Assembly: GCF_002113885.1 (NCBI RefSeq)
Contig: NW_018408349.1
Location: 142,945-206,944, forward strand
DNA length: 64,000 nt
Direction of reading: 5' to 3'
Origin: Mizuhopecten yessoensis
Lineage: Eukaryota
Both the position numbers and the translations under genes were made by a program. How positions within the stretch are numbered: position 1 is the stretch's first letter; the number at the start of each line of letters is the position of its first letter. Below the pieces are notes generated by a model, which had not been told where the DNA came from, did no database searches, and saw only the letters and a list, made by a program, of their open reading frames with translations. Positions 46,831-60,250 of this stretch are shown one piece after another.

Positions 46831-47912
46831 GAGCTATGGCGGATTGCTATGCCTATTTCCCCAAAGGTGAGACCACTAGTGCGAGCGTGCCACCGTGTAC
46901 TGTGATGACGCGTCCTCGGGTATTTTTATACAGGCAAACAGCCGAATTCAACGCCGTGGCTATTGGTGCATGCGTTTCACGATAAAGACTCAACAAAATG
47001 CTTATTTCGCGTTATTTCTATGAATTTGAAACAAATAATATGCTGTATGTAACAATCGTAGGATTTAATTATCATTACTGCTACCTGCGTCATGCCGTTA
47101 CCTGCATCTTACAAAAAAACACATCTTGATTTTGTTTTTTCTGCACATATGAATGGCAAAATGATATAAATAATTTTCGAATAGCATGACTCACACGTGT
47201 ATTGCGATTCTTACTTTGTGCTGCAGTCATCCTGCATTTCAAACAAATGAAACTATCCTCAACGATCAATTTTCCCGTATTTTTGGTAATATATTTGTGA
47301 TAATAACACTTCATATTGTTTGTTTGGCCTTCTTTTATTGTGACGCAACAATCCCACACAATCCATCATCATTTGTTTGTGTTTAAATAATAGATAAGAT
47401 TACAAGTGCCAATTAGAAGGAAAAATAATTCATAAATATCTTTTAAGATGATGTCTTATCTACAAAGCGTAGCTGTACTGTACACGTGTACAGTGATTTG
47501 TTGACATGATTCCATAGAAGATAAATCAATAGGTATGTAATTAAAATACAAATTAAATGTACTATTGATTTGAAAAATATTTTATTAATTAATTAAGGAA
47601 AAAGAATACGATTTTTTCTTTTGCATATTACATCACGGAATAAAAAAGCTTATTCAAAAGTTGGTCCTCGGATGGGAAAGTGTTCAAAGTATTTGTTTAA
47701 GTCTGGGAAACCCCATAATTTGGCATAGATGGATATGGCTATATTTGCAGTATCAAATTAACAATACCCTATATCTCAGCAGTTCAAATATTCATAACCA
47801 ATTAGTTTTATATCTATTCTATGCATTTTCGCTGCTAGAAATTATTTACTAATTAATAAAAAATTTCCGTTTTCATAAAAGCCGAAATATTGGCAGTTTT
47901 CCGCCATAGCTC
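46831..47912 (-). mobile_element. MITE copy B (same family, opposite orientation)
   Basis: GAGCTATGGCGG...CCGCCATAGCTC termini; shares internal blocks with copy A (e.g. ctgtacacgtgtacagtacagctacgctttgtag). Confidence 0.75.
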
Positions 47913-47938
47913 TTGACCATCTTAGTTTAGTTAACTCA

Positions 47939-49001
47939 CAAGCACAGAAATCAGTGTTTGCTGTCTATAAGAAATTGAGAAACATATCTTTACCAGTTGA
48001 TCTACAATTGAAGATATTTGATTCATTAATTATGCCAGTTCTTCTGTATTCATCAGAAATATGGGGTTTTGAAAACACAAATATTATAGAAAAAATCCAT
48101 CTTCAATTTTGTAAATATATACTAAATGTAAGAAAAAGTACACCAAATTTCATTGTTTATGGTGAGCTTGGAAGATACCCACTAGACATCGAAATTAAAT
48201 GTAGAATAATAGTATTCTGGCATAAGTTGATTACCTCTAGTAAGTTATCAAGTACTATTTATAAGCTTATGTATACATTACATGAAAATGGAACTATGTT
48301 ATTTAAATGGCTCGCATATGTTAAAGATATTTTTTCTCAAACTGGCCTGAACTATGTGTGGTACTATCAATCTACATGTTCTTTTTCAAAAGACGAAATT
48401 AAGAGGCTTGTGAAAAGTAGACTGAAGGATCAATTTATACAGAAATGGTTTGATAATATTCTTAACTCCTCTAGAGGACAAACATATTCAATATTAAAGA
48501 CAAAGTTTGAACAAGAAAAATATTTAATTAAACTTAATACAAATGATAGGAAAATAATGTGTAAATTCCGTTCTTGCAATATGCATTTACCCATAGAAAA
48601 AGGAAGATGGTTAGGTATTCCTCGTCAAGAAAGAACCTGTACATTATGTAATTTGTACATTGGAGATGAATTTCATTACTTATTTATATGTGAAAGTGTT
48701 TTAGTTAAATGTCTAAGAGAGAAATATATACCAAAATATTATTTCACTTATCCAAGTCAATTAAAAATGCAAGGATTGTTTAATATATTTAATGTAAAAA
48801 TTTACACAAAACTTTGTAAATTCATAGAAAAGCTTGAAAAAATATTAACTTAATTTCTGTACTATTTGTGTACTTCTATATGTATCTATGCTATGTACAA
48901 TGTTGTAATTGTGTACATCACACGCCATGTATCATACTTACTATATGTATGTGACCTCTTGTTACACACGTAAGTGTGTCGGAGTGAATAAATAAAACTT
49001 A
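47939..49001 (+). mobile_element. 5'-truncated non-LTR retrotransposon (RT C-terminus plus CCHC finger; ORF 47954-48853) inserted into a 90-bp MITE
   Basis: LKIFDSLIMPVLLYSSEIWG, VYGELGRYPL, LPIEKGRW...RTCTLCN..IGDEFHYLFIC; aataaa tail; aactca duplicated at both ends. Confidence 0.88.
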
Positions 49002-51847
49002 AACTCATTCACCACTGAAGACACATTTGAACTCTTCCAATTCAAATGCTGGAATAGTTCATTATGACATTTCAGGGATGAATGAGTTAATATCTTAGCT
49101 CCCGCCGTCATTTTGGAAAGAAGTATAAGAAAATTACAACAAAATTTGTATTGCACACGTAAAATTAAATTCTACAAAAAATATATTTTAATATAAAAGG
49201 CGACTAATGTACTAGGAATTGGAGTGTTAGGATATTGAAGAAATCAACATGTTTGCACTCCGCCCATCCGCCCATCCGTCCGAGAAGTTTGTCCGGGACA
49301 TATCTTCTATACTATTTCACATGGAGAAACCAGATTTGGTGTACAAGGACATCTTGGGATGGCGGAGTGCATGAAGAAGGTCACTATGACCTCACGGTGA
49401 CCTATACTTTGACCTTTGACCTTAACATTTGAAAAAGTTTGTCCGAGGCATATCTTCTATACTATTTCATCTGGAGTAACAAGATTTGGTGTACAATGAT
49501 ATCTTGGGATGGTGGAGTGCTGAGTCGAATAATTAGATCACTGTGACCTATTACTTGACCTTTACTTCTGAAAATGTTTGTCTGGGGCATATTTTTTTTT
49601 TTTTTTTTTTTTTACCGGACTATTTGTTTATTTTCTTCATCTGAATGGTATCGTAAAGTACTGATAAGAACGAAAATAAAAAAGTTGATTTACACAATTT
49701 GTTTATACTAGTGTTTGTCAATGCATGTATTCAAAAGAATCAAAGGTCTTACTCCAGAGTTGATGATTAAATTTTAACAGTGATATAGTGTACAATGTAT
49801 GTTAAAATACAATTAGGATAATGATAACATTACAGTCCATATTGAAGAGAGTCTGCCTTTTTTCTCGTTTTAAAAGACAAACAATATTCAAAGACACGAA
49901 AGTACAGAGGAATTGTAAAATCTTGGAAGAACAGGCGATATCCAATAATGACTACATTTATAAAAAAAAATGACCTAGGCCTTAATTTGGTGTTCTTCTT
50001 GAAACTACATGTTTTTATACTTGCATATGTCAGTTATAAGCAGAAATATCTGTTTATTGAATGCCGCATTTCCACAGTTTTTCATTCAACTATTCTGATG
50101 CCAATAGCGATCATATAACAAAAACATATATACACACAATTACTGTAAGAGAATATACTGCATATTTTTCTCTAAGATAATTTGGTAAGGTGAAGATGCA
50201 GATGGCACAGCAAAATGCGCCTTTAAAAAATAAATCATGTTCTTAAAAGTCAGGTAACGGAAAACTACATGACAATATTCCGAGATGAAAATTCAGAAGA
50301 AAAAAATCTCTTTGTTGAAAAATTCAGAAAGAAAATTTCTTTGTATTTGAACTTGTGTTAAAATGACTTCAGAAGAACTTTTTAAAAGTAACATAATAAA
50401 TGTAATACGTAAACTACATTAAAGATAGCCATTACGTGTCCATGTCTACAACGTATAGTTACAAATAAATAAATGTGGACTGAACTGCAGGAATAATAAC
50501 AAGAGGCCCAAGGGCCTTAGCGGTCACCCGAGTTATATCGAGAAAAATGAAAATATCTTCCAAAATTGTATGCAGGACAACGAAGGATTTCATCAGTAAC
50601 ATCGACTTGTAAAAAATGTAGAACTGTTTCTGGACATAAAAATCTGTCGGAGATACGACAAAACTACAAGGTATTCATTGAAAATATTAAATTAATTGTT
50701 TGTGCAAAAAAATAACATCAATGCAGGCACGGAGCAACGCATATTGCCGTTTTTTCGAGCCTGTACGACCGGAAGGACGAACGTTTTTGAAGCCTTCAAA
50801 TAGCATAGAACCAATTCAATCACATTTTCCCGTACTTTCCGTACATGTGTTGCCATAACGGCTTGAGCGATCGGCCGAGAGGGCCCGCTACTAATTTCTG
50901 GCAACAAAAATCTAGAACTTTTTTTTCTTCTAAGATTGGGACAACTATACTTTCAAAAACGGTTTGGTTAAAATGTAAAAAAAATGGTCACTTTTCAAAA
51001 TTAGTGTGTGTGTTTAGGTGGAAGGGGGGGGGGGGATCTTTTATGTAGATTCAGCTGGTAATGCTGCAATGTAAGTAATGCACATGGAGCAACCAGTTTG
51101 GGTGTCGAGGACATCTTGGGATGGCGCAGTCGAAGTCGTAGTCGTAGTGACCTATGACTTGACCTTTACTTCTGAAAATGTTTGCCTGGGGCATATCTTT
51201 TGTACTTTTTCATCTGGAGTATCCAGATTTGGTGTACAAAGACATCTTTAGATGGTGGAGTGCAGAGTTGAACTAGAATTTTGTTTTTGTGAACAAAAAC
51301 ATGTATTTCCCCTTATAAGCCAATAGGCAAACTTCAGTATAAAAAAATAACAAAGGGCCATATCTCTGTATATAGTGGGGCATGAGACCCGAATTTTGAA
51401 TGCGACACTCCTACCTCCCAAGATACATTAAACTAGGAAGTTTATTGACAAACTTCGGTATTAAAAATAAACAAAGGGCAATAACTCTGTATATAGTGGG
51501 GCACGAGACCTAGTTCCATTGCACTGCACACGTTCTGTGGGTGATGCAGGTAAACTTTAAGTTTGATTAAGATATCTTTTATGGTTTAGAAGTTATGCCG
51601 TGGCCAAACTTCGGTATTAAAAAAAACCAAAGGGCCATAACTCTGTATCAAGTGGGGCATAAAACCTGAATTCAGTGCGAGAAATTCCGCCATACCAAGA
51701 TACATAAATATGGTAAGGTTGGTCAACGTAGGTGAAATAACATGGAACTTATGATCCAGACAAACTTCGTTATTAAAATGAAACAAAGGGACATAACTCT
51801 GTATATATTGGGGCACGAGACCAGGTTCCATTGCAATGCACACCTTC

Positions 51848-54800
51848 GCCTGCGGAACTGGAAGGTCAAAAATTTAATTTTTCAGGCAAAAAGTAAATTG
51901 AAAGAATCCAGGCAAAACATTTTTATATCAGAGGACTTAACAGCTAATCGTCAGGCATTAATTAAAAGTCTAGGCAAGGCCAGAAAAGCAAAGAACATTT
52001 ACTCTTACTGGACAAACGACGGACGTGTCTTCTATAAAGTTGCACAGGACTCGCCCAAAATACTCGTCAAGACACACAATGACATATCGGACCTTGTACC
52101 AGAGGGCCATTGAGTGACTGTCATGTTTACACAGTAAACACAGCCAAAAATGACTTGACATTCTGTACATAATGTCAGTTCATTAAAATAGTTATACATA
52201 TATCATACAAAAAACCACCACCCAATCCATTTCCATCCATGGTTGGCATAATAAATATTACATGCATGCTACTAATGTATGTATTTAAATATGTATAAAT
52301 AGGTGCACGCGTGTGAGCATATTTTGTACGTGTGTTTATGTGTGGATTACATACATATAGAAGCCTGTGTATAACCATAAGTGTATGTGTACATACTCTG
52401 TGTATCTTCGGGTGAGATATTTAATTTCATTTAATTTCATATACATGCACGAGTATTTAAATACTATATATAATATATGTGAACGTTTACGTGTATGTAT
52501 AGCAAATTAAATAGTACATGCATGCTGCTTATGTATGTATGTATGTATGTATGTATGTATGTATGTATGTATGTATGCAAGCATGCTTGTATATATATAT
52601 ATATGTGTGTATATTCGTGTATGTCCATGTACTTACTCCTTACTGAAAGGCAAATCAGTTTTGAAAATAAATAACTTATACAGTGTATGTATAAATAGGT
52701 GTACGTGCATGTGTATTTGTAAAATGAATTATTTGTGTTTTTTCAAATTCATGCATGAGTCTTTCAATATTAGGGGTTGTAAATACGTTGTTATATATAC
52801 ATGTATGTGTGTGTTTCATGTTTGTTCTAGTTGATAAGTTGCATGCGAATAATGAACACATCGACACTGGTAATGTGAATATTGTACAATAATACATATC
52901 GTCATTGATAAATCCCATTTTTTTCGTATTTTTGTATTGCTAAAACCATGAAACCGCTGCTGAATCATCAGCCATGTTTACTCTTTAAATTCTTCTTTCT
53001 ACTACTTCCTGTCAACTTTCTCTCTGTTTACCCTATCTTGACCTTAGATCGACTACTTGGCACGTGCAGTCATTCATGCGTACATACAAAGAAGTTCTTT
53101 TCTTTGACAGGTGTTACATGTATATGTTTTCTTTAGACGCTCCCGGGGGGAATCCTGTGCAATATGTTGTTTTTGATAATGGTTAATCGGTGATATGTCA
53201 GCAATATCGCACAGGATTTCAATCGGTTGCTTTTATAATATAGCTTATGGAGGATCATGTTTTAAAAAAATACGTAGTGTAATACACATAAATACTGATT
53301 ATATATCGAATGAACACATATTTTACAAAACTCTTTTTATATCTAGTGTTAAAGCAAGCGTAGCATCTTTCATGTTGATGTGCTTACAGTCACAGTTTCA
53401 AAACATAAATTTTTGCCATATTTTGTTGTTATTACTTATATTGGACATGGATGTAGAAACTAATCCAGGTCCATCAGTAAATGAATTATCTCTATTTCAT
53501 TTGAATGTTAGAAGTATAAGGAATAAATTAGAATATATTGAAAATATTACAAATGAATTCAATATTTTATGTATGACTGAAACACATTTGGATGAGTATG
53601 TACCTACTTCTGAACTAGTTCTACCGGGTTTTGTGGAACCATTTAGAAAAGACAGAAATTTCTCCGGTGGTGGTATCTTAGTATATTATTCTGTTTCCTT
53701 AAAATGTGTCCGGAGGAATGATCTCGAATTTCTGGATGGAGAAATAATTTGGATACAGGTAGAATTAGGTCACAATAGTGTATTAATATGTACCGTTTAT
53801 AGACCAGAAAATTCACGTCACCCTTTTTGGGAGAATTTTAAGTATTCGATTGAAAAAGCTTTAGAAATTACTTCGAATGTTATTATTGTTGGTGATATAA
53901 ATGTAGATATGCTAACGTTATCACGTAATCATATTTTACACCAAGTCATGTTGGAAATGGACTTAACTAACGTTATTAATGAGCCGACTAGGCGTGGAAC
54001 AACCAGAAATAGTTTACTTGATCCTATTTTATTAACTGACCCTACCAAATGTACTGATTCGTATGTAATTCCGATTGATCGTAATATAAGTGATCATGAT
54101 GCATGTATTGCATTTTTGTCTATACCTGTTAATCTCTCTTGTACCTACACTCGAGAAATTTGGGCCTATAAACATGCCGATTTTAATAGGTTAAATTTTT
54201 TAATAGAAACTTTTGAGTGGCCTACATTTTTTCAAAACTTTATTTCCGTTAATGTAGCATGTGTTGAATTTACTGAACAATTTTTGAAACTTGCTAAAGA
54301 ATGTATACCCAAAAAAACAGTTTATATAAGACCTCGTGATAAATTATGGATGAATTCCCAATTAAGAAAAGCTTTTCAGTTACGAGACCGGTTACATAAC
54401 GCCGTTAAACGTGTTAAGTCCATATCCAACTTAGAGAAATTTAAAAGACAAAGAAATAAGGTTAATAATATGAAAAAATATGCAAGAGAAATGTTTTATA
54501 ATAGTGTTGGTGATATTATAGATAATCTTAATACCAGTAATCCTAAGTCATATTGGAGACTAGTGCGTAAATTATTAAAACAGTCGGGTTCTCAGGAGGT
54601 TATTCCACCTCTAGTTAATCCTTGCAATGCAAATATTGAATATGATGATGATAAGAAAGCAAATATTCTAAATAATTATTTTAGCTCTATCTCAAACATA
54701 GATGATATTGGCAAATCTTTACCCAGTTTTGATTCCAGAACTGATTCTGTACTTGATTCTATTGTGGTTGAAAGTGATGAAATATGTGATATTTTGAAAA

Positions 54801-56845
54801 TTCTGAAATTAGGAAAAGCATCTGGTCATGATACTATAAGTCATCATATGCTAAAATTTACAGCGAATTCTATATGTAAGCCATTGTCAATTCTTTTTAA
54901 TATGTCACTAAATTCTAAAATATTCCCTGAAATATGGAAACATGGTATTATTTTACCACTGTTCAAAAAGGGTGATAGACACTTGGTGTCAAATTACCGA
55001 CCAATTACTTTGTTGTCTTGTATAGGTAAGGTTTTTGAAAGGGTTGTATTTAAACACATCTATAATTTTTTCCTTGATCATTCTTTATTTTACGAAAAAC
55101 AATCTGGTTTTATGATTCATCATTCCACTGTCCATCAGCTAATAGAAATTTACCATAATATATGTTGTTCATTAGAAGAAAAAAAACATACTTGTCTAAT
55201 TTTTTGTGATATATCGAAGGCTTTTGACCGAGTTTGGCATAGGGGTCTTTTACATAAATTACATGCTTATGGTATTAGAGATGGTTTACTACATTGGTTT
55301 AAAAATTACATTTCAAACAGACAACAACAGGTTCTTGTTAAAGGTGTGTATTCTAATATAGGTTACACAAATGCTGGTGTACCACAAGGAAGTGTGTTAG
55401 GTCCTCTGTTATTTTTGGTTTATATTAATGATATTGTTGATAATTTAAATTGTATTTCACGCTTATTTGCTGATGATACCTCTTTGATGTATTCTTCGTC
55501 TTCTCATGCTGATATTGAAATGTGTGTAAACAGAGATTTGGAAAAACTTGACAAATGGTCACGGGACTGGCTTACTAAATTTAATCAACAGAAAACTGAT
55601 GTGTTATTTATATCTAATTCGCGAAATATACTTCCTTTACAGATTTGTTTTGGTACTGAGACTCTGAATTGTGTTGAAAGTCATAAACATTTAGGCGTAA
55701 TATTTAGTGCAGATGCAAAATGGTCTTTACATATTTCCGAAATTCAAAAAACATGCATGAAAAAGGTATCAGTACTACGAAAGTTTAAATTACTGTTGAG
55801 TAGGAAAACTTTGTTAAGAATATATAAAGTATTTGTGTTGCCTGTGTTGGAATATGCCTGTGAAGTTTGGGACGGTTGTTCTCTGGCAGATCTAACTAAA
55901 CTTGAACAAGTTCAGCTTGAAGCAGCAAGAATTATTACTGGCCTACCCTCTTTTTCTAGTAAACAATCACTTTATCAAGAATCCCAACTTGAACCTCTAT
56001 CTGAAAGAAGAAAACTTAAGAAACTTTCCCTAATGTACAAACTCCATAATAAACAAACACCTTCTTATTTAACTAACATTCTTCCTCCTAAAGTATGCGA
56101 ACGCAATAGCTACAACTTGAGAAATACTGAAAACTACACTGTTCCCAATTTCCGTCTGTCTAGTTCATTCCAATCCTTTATTCCTTCTTCTATAAGACTA
56201 TGGAACGATTTACCAAATACTGTCAGAGAGCAGCCATCCGTTAACATTTTTAAATCATCGATTAAGCGTAACCAAGGTTACTTGTTGCCTATTTTTTTTC
56301 ATGTAGGAAATCGAAAACTAAATATTTTACATACACGATTGCGTCATTCATGTAGTAGTTTAAATTATGATTTGTATAGAGTTAATATTGTAGGTGATCC
56401 AATGTGTGCATGTGGAAATGAGTGTGAAAATGCAGTCCATTACTTTTTTGATTGTATGCTGTATATCAGACAAAGACAAATTTTGATTGATGATATCTCA
56501 CGTTATTGTAATATTTCTCTAAATGTTATTATGTACGGTTCTCCAAATTTGTCAGATGAAGACAATGAAAATATCTTCCATATAGTCCAAACCTACATTA
56601 AAAATAGTAACAGATTTTAAGGTCAGTAGTATTATCCTATCATCTCTCTTTCTTATTCTTCTAAATTTCTTTTCTTCCCTTTTCCCTTCCTTTCTTCTTT
56701 GTTCATATATATTATAAATATATTTGTTGTTGTTGTCATGTAATCAATATAATGAAATGTATGGGAGAGGGCGTTTCTAAGTTGAGATAACTTGTGCCTA
56801 ATCCTTTTTGTTGAATGACAAATAAAAAATGTTTAAATAAATCGA
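51848..56845 (+). mobile_element. Recently inserted CR1/L2-group LINE, 5'-truncated in ORF1, with intact ORF2
   Basis: 8-bp target-site duplication ACACCTTC (51840-51847, 56846-56853); ORF1 C-terminus NIFISEDLT...WTNDGRVF (to 52113); A-rich tail. Confidence 0.92.
53195..56620 (+). CDS. LINE ORF2: 2A-like peptide, apurinic endonuclease, reverse transcriptase and C-terminal CCHC
   Basis: DVETNPGP; HLNVRS, ETHL, GDIN, SDH (APE); YRPITLL, QSGF, DISKAFDRVWH, GVPQGSVLGP, LFADD (RT); CACG..ENAVHYFFDC. Confidence 0.95.
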   Translation: MSAISHRISIGCFYNIAYGGSCFKKIRSVIHINTDYISNEHIFYKTLFISSVKASVASFMLMCLQSQFQNINFCHILLLLLILDMDVETNPGPSVNELSLFHLNVRSIRNKLEYIENITNEFNILCMTETHLDEYVPTSELVLPGFVEPFRKDRNFSGGGILVYYSVSLKCVRRNDLEFLDGEIIWIQVELGHNSVLICTVYRPENSRHPFWENFKYSIEKALEITSNVIIVGDINVDMLTLSRNHILHQVMLEMDLTNVINEPTRRGTTRNSLLDPILLTDPTKCTDSYVIPIDRNISDHDACIAFLSIPVNLSCTYTREIWAYKHADFNRLNFLIETFEWPTFFQNFISVNVACVEFTEQFLKLAKECIPKKTVYIRPRDKLWMNSQLRKAFQLRDRLHNAVKRVKSISNLEKFKRQRNKVNNMKKYAREMFYNSVGDIIDNLNTSNPKSYWRLVRKLLKQSGSQEVIPPLVNPCNANIEYDDDKKANILNNYFSSISNIDDIGKSLPSFDSRTDSVLDSIVVESDEICDILKILKLGKASGHDTISHHMLKFTANSICKPLSILFNMSLNSKIFPEIWKHGIILPLFKKGDRHLVSNYRPITLLSCIGKVFERVVFKHIYNFFLDHSLFYEKQSGFMIHHSTVHQLIEIYHNICCSLEEKKHTCLIFCDISKAFDRVWHRGLLHKLHAYGIRDGLLHWFKNYISNRQQQVLVKGVYSNIGYTNAGVPQGSVLGPLLFLVYINDIVDNLNCISRLFADDTSLMYSSSSHADIEMCVNRDLEKLDKWSRDWLTKFNQQKTDVLFISNSRNILPLQICFGTETLNCVESHKHLGVIFSADAKWSLHISEIQKTCMKKVSVLRKFKLLLSRKTLLRIYKVFVLPVLEYACEVWDGCSLADLTKLEQVQLEAARIITGLPSFSSKQSLYQESQLEPLSERRKLKKLSLMYKLHNKQTPSYLTNILPPKVCERNSYNLRNTENYTVPNFRLSSSFQSFIPSSIRLWNDLPNTVREQPSVNIFKSSIKRNQGYLLPIFFHVGNRKLNILHTRLRHSCSSLNYDLYRVNIVGDPMCACGNECENAVHYFFDCMLYIRQRQILIDDISRYCNISLNVIMYGSPNLSDEDNENIFHIVQTYIKNSNRF

Positions 56846-58739
56846 ACACCTTCTGTGGGTGATGCAAGTATACTTCAAGTTTGATTAAGATATCATTAAC
56901 AGTTTAAAATTCACTGGCCGCACAAGACTTACTGAAATTGTTGCACTTATTTGACATTGAAGTGAAGGTCACAGTGACCCAATTCCAGTGCACTGCACAC
57001 CTTCTGTGTACCTTAAGTTTCAAAGTTATGGCCTCGACAAGTTGCGATTAGAAGAACCAGTACTAATACAATGTCTCCCTTCATTCGAAGGAGAGACATA
57101 ATAATTAGGTCACTGTGACCTATGACTTGACCTTTACTTCTGAAAATGTTTGTCCAGGGCATATCTTCTATACTATTTCATCTGGAGTAACCAGATTTGG
57201 TGTACAAGGACATATTGGGGTGGTAAAGTGCAAGAAGAAGGTCACTACGACCTCACTGTGATCTATGATTCCTGACATAAGTGTACTGTTTGTTTATTAT
57301 AGAAATCATTACCGGTGGGGGACTATGGATTGCCTTGTTATTTGACATTTAACTTTGCATTATCCTGAATTTGAAAAAAACAACACATTTGGACATCACG
57401 ATGAAAGGGTATGTAGAAAACAATACACTGACGACACACCAATATTTAATGTAATCCAAATTTTCTCCTCACTATGTTTTTCTTAATTCTTTAGGTTTGA
57501 TGCTTTCATGATATGAATAAATGTCTTGATAGTAACACTATTTAAGTGTGATTTCATTTTTGCAAACTTTGTAGCTCTCCATGCAAGCATGCTACTGCCC
57601 AAATATCATCAACTCAAGCTTTCTCATTCTTCAGAAACAGATGTGTCAAGTTTTTGTAAGGTAAAGGTACCACTGCATCTATTATTATCAGAGTTCCATC
57701 ACTTTATTACACACAGTAGTCTCCCTTCTGTAAAGATATCATGAAGCAGCAAAAAAGACTTTTTCTGGTTAAGAGTAATTGCCCTATAACTTATAGATTC
57801 CCTTTACTTTCAGATACATATATGTCACAAGGTGTTGCAGAGCGCCCCGTATTGGCCCTGTTTATGAAGTAACAACCCCACATCCAGTTTGTTAGATACT
57901 TGAAATGTTAAAAATGTTATCCCTTTTTGGCCCTTAAAAAGGCTAGCCCCTTATCCTTTGCAAATGTCATTCCCCGTCACCTAGAAATATTTCCCACAAA
58001 ATTTTGGCTTAAGTCTGTCGAGTTATCAAGAGAAACTTGTTTGAAACAGCTTATAGAGAGTGCCAAGCTAAGTTAAATGTCTCAAAAATTATTTCACATG
58101 AATGATAGGATGATTATACATCTGTAATATAGGTACCTGTCACCAGACATGTTCCAACTGACAACAACAAAAATAAGTTAATGAATTCAAATCTTTTATT
58201 TAATTAAAAAATATCATTATTTGTTGAATAACCAGTACACAAAGCAAAAGGAAAATTTGAGGCATAACAAACAAGTTTTTGCAGGCATAAATTAAATGAT
58301 TTAAAATTGCAGGTTATAATCAACTGAAACACGAAAAACAAGTCTAAATTTAATTCTTTTATTAGAAATGTGTATCACAGCTTCATGATGCAATCAAAAT
58401 TAATAATAAACGACTACCCATTACATGGACTTTAACAAACTGAATATGGTGTAATCCAGATGTTTCAATATACCATATATTTCTGAAAAAAGAGCAATTC
58501 TTTTCTTGAAATGCAGAACATCCGAAGTAAATTTACTATGTAGTCCACTGATTTACAACGGTCCCTGTAGCAGGAGCACTATCACATATTTACTGTCAGT
58601 ACATGTACATACATATCTATTTCAAGTGTCTGCCACTAATTTGGTGCCATTTCAAAATGCATCAATGCAAGGTCAGCTTAAGGAATTTGAGATGTATGCG
58701 ATATTGGTTGACACTCTTGACCCGATGTTAAACAATTTT

Positions 58740-59190
58740 AACAAGAGGCCCAAGGGCCTTAGCGGTCACCTGAGTTTTATCATAGGTACTGGTAGCTTTA
58801 TTTTATTGTTTAGATGTGATGTGGAAATCAGCATGTAAACTAAGTGAAATACAATACTTGTCATGTCATCAAAGGATAAGAATTTGAAAATATTGGTAAA
58901 TGTTCCCTTTGGGGACCCGCCCTAGCTCCTGGGGAAGGGGCAGGAATCCCAATTTAACAATGTAACACCCTCATTCACCAAAGATGATTTTGACTAAGTT
59001 TGAGTAATTTTCTGCTGAAAATGGATAAAAATACCCAAAAGTGTTATTTCCCTATATAAACTATAGTAAACTTTAACCCCCTCCCCAAGGGAGAACGCAT
59101 AGCTCGGAGGTCCTGAAATTTACAATTTAAATAAAGCCCCTGATGATCTTTCCATCCATCACTTGAGCAAAGCTCAGGTGACCTAAAAAT
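58740..59190 (-). mobile_element. Complete short HINE/Helentron-like element
   Basis: aacaagaggcccaagggccttagcggtcacctgag at one end and ctcaggtgacctaaaaa at the other (subterminal inverted repeat plus stem-loop). Confidence 0.7.
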
Positions 59191-60250
59191 ACATCACATG
59201 CAGCCTATGGGAAAGTGATTCTGTGAAAGTTTTTCATTAATTTGAACAAATATTATAATAAGAGGATGTTTTCTCTCTTTAACCCTTACACCACTGTAAA
59301 CCATAATGGACACATCCAGAGTAATGAATGGTAGAGTCTACTAAAGTTACATAGGGATGAAAGAGTTAACCCATCAACTGTTGTGGCAGCCATTTGTTTT
59401 CATTTTAGAAGGCACTTGTCTATCAGGATAAGGATTTAATGACTCAACCATGCTTCTAACAACATACCCCATTACAGAAAGTCTCAATACGTATTTGCAA
59501 GATAATGTTGAAATGTCAGATATCTGTAGCTAGTACCAGTGTACATTGTTTTTAATACAGTTTACACAGATTACTCACCACAATACACACCGATACATTA
59601 ACTCTGATATTGCCCATAATTAATAGGATGAGCTCTAACCTAAAGGAGTGCGTGACAGATAAGAAAATTACTTTGAGTTGGGTTTTGTACATATGGAGAC
59701 TGATCCATCGATTACTTTAATTTCTCAATTAATGTGATGTTAAATCATTAGATTTCTTTACGACACATGCTAAGTGGACTAATTAGAATAATATCTGTAA
59801 TTATATATTTGGTTATCAGACATAATATTACTGACAGGTAGTTCTTCATCTTACAATGCTTTTGGTTGGGACTAGCAAGAGAAACGCAAACTTACCATTT
59901 TACTTCCCTTTCTATTATAATTAATAATTTAGATCTTAATTCAATGTACAAGCGCGACCTGCATACCACACTTCCATCAAAGTGAAGATATATTTTAAGC
60001 ACAAGTTAATGTGTACTTACTTTAAAAGTTAATTTGACCTCTTAGCAAAACAGTAATCATGACAAATCAAGAAATGAACCATTATCGTAAAATTGAATAA
60101 TTTAAAATAAAACAAACGAGTATCAACATGAACCTTGAAACAAGAAATAAAATATTTTGGCCAGGTGCCTCTAAGTGTATGTACTGATATTAATATAACC
60201 ATCACATTATAACCTCAGTCTCTAGTCATCATCTGTATCGTAGTCTGTCT

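Larger units (their letters stand above)
49250..57340. mobile_element. Nested HINE/Helentron-like repeats hosting further insertions
   Basis: The same internal unit (catatcttctatactatttcatctggagtaaccagatttggtgtacaag) occurs at ~49300, 49450, 51190 and 57160; a second element start aacaagaggcccaagggccttagcggtcacc lies at ~50498. Confidence 0.55.
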
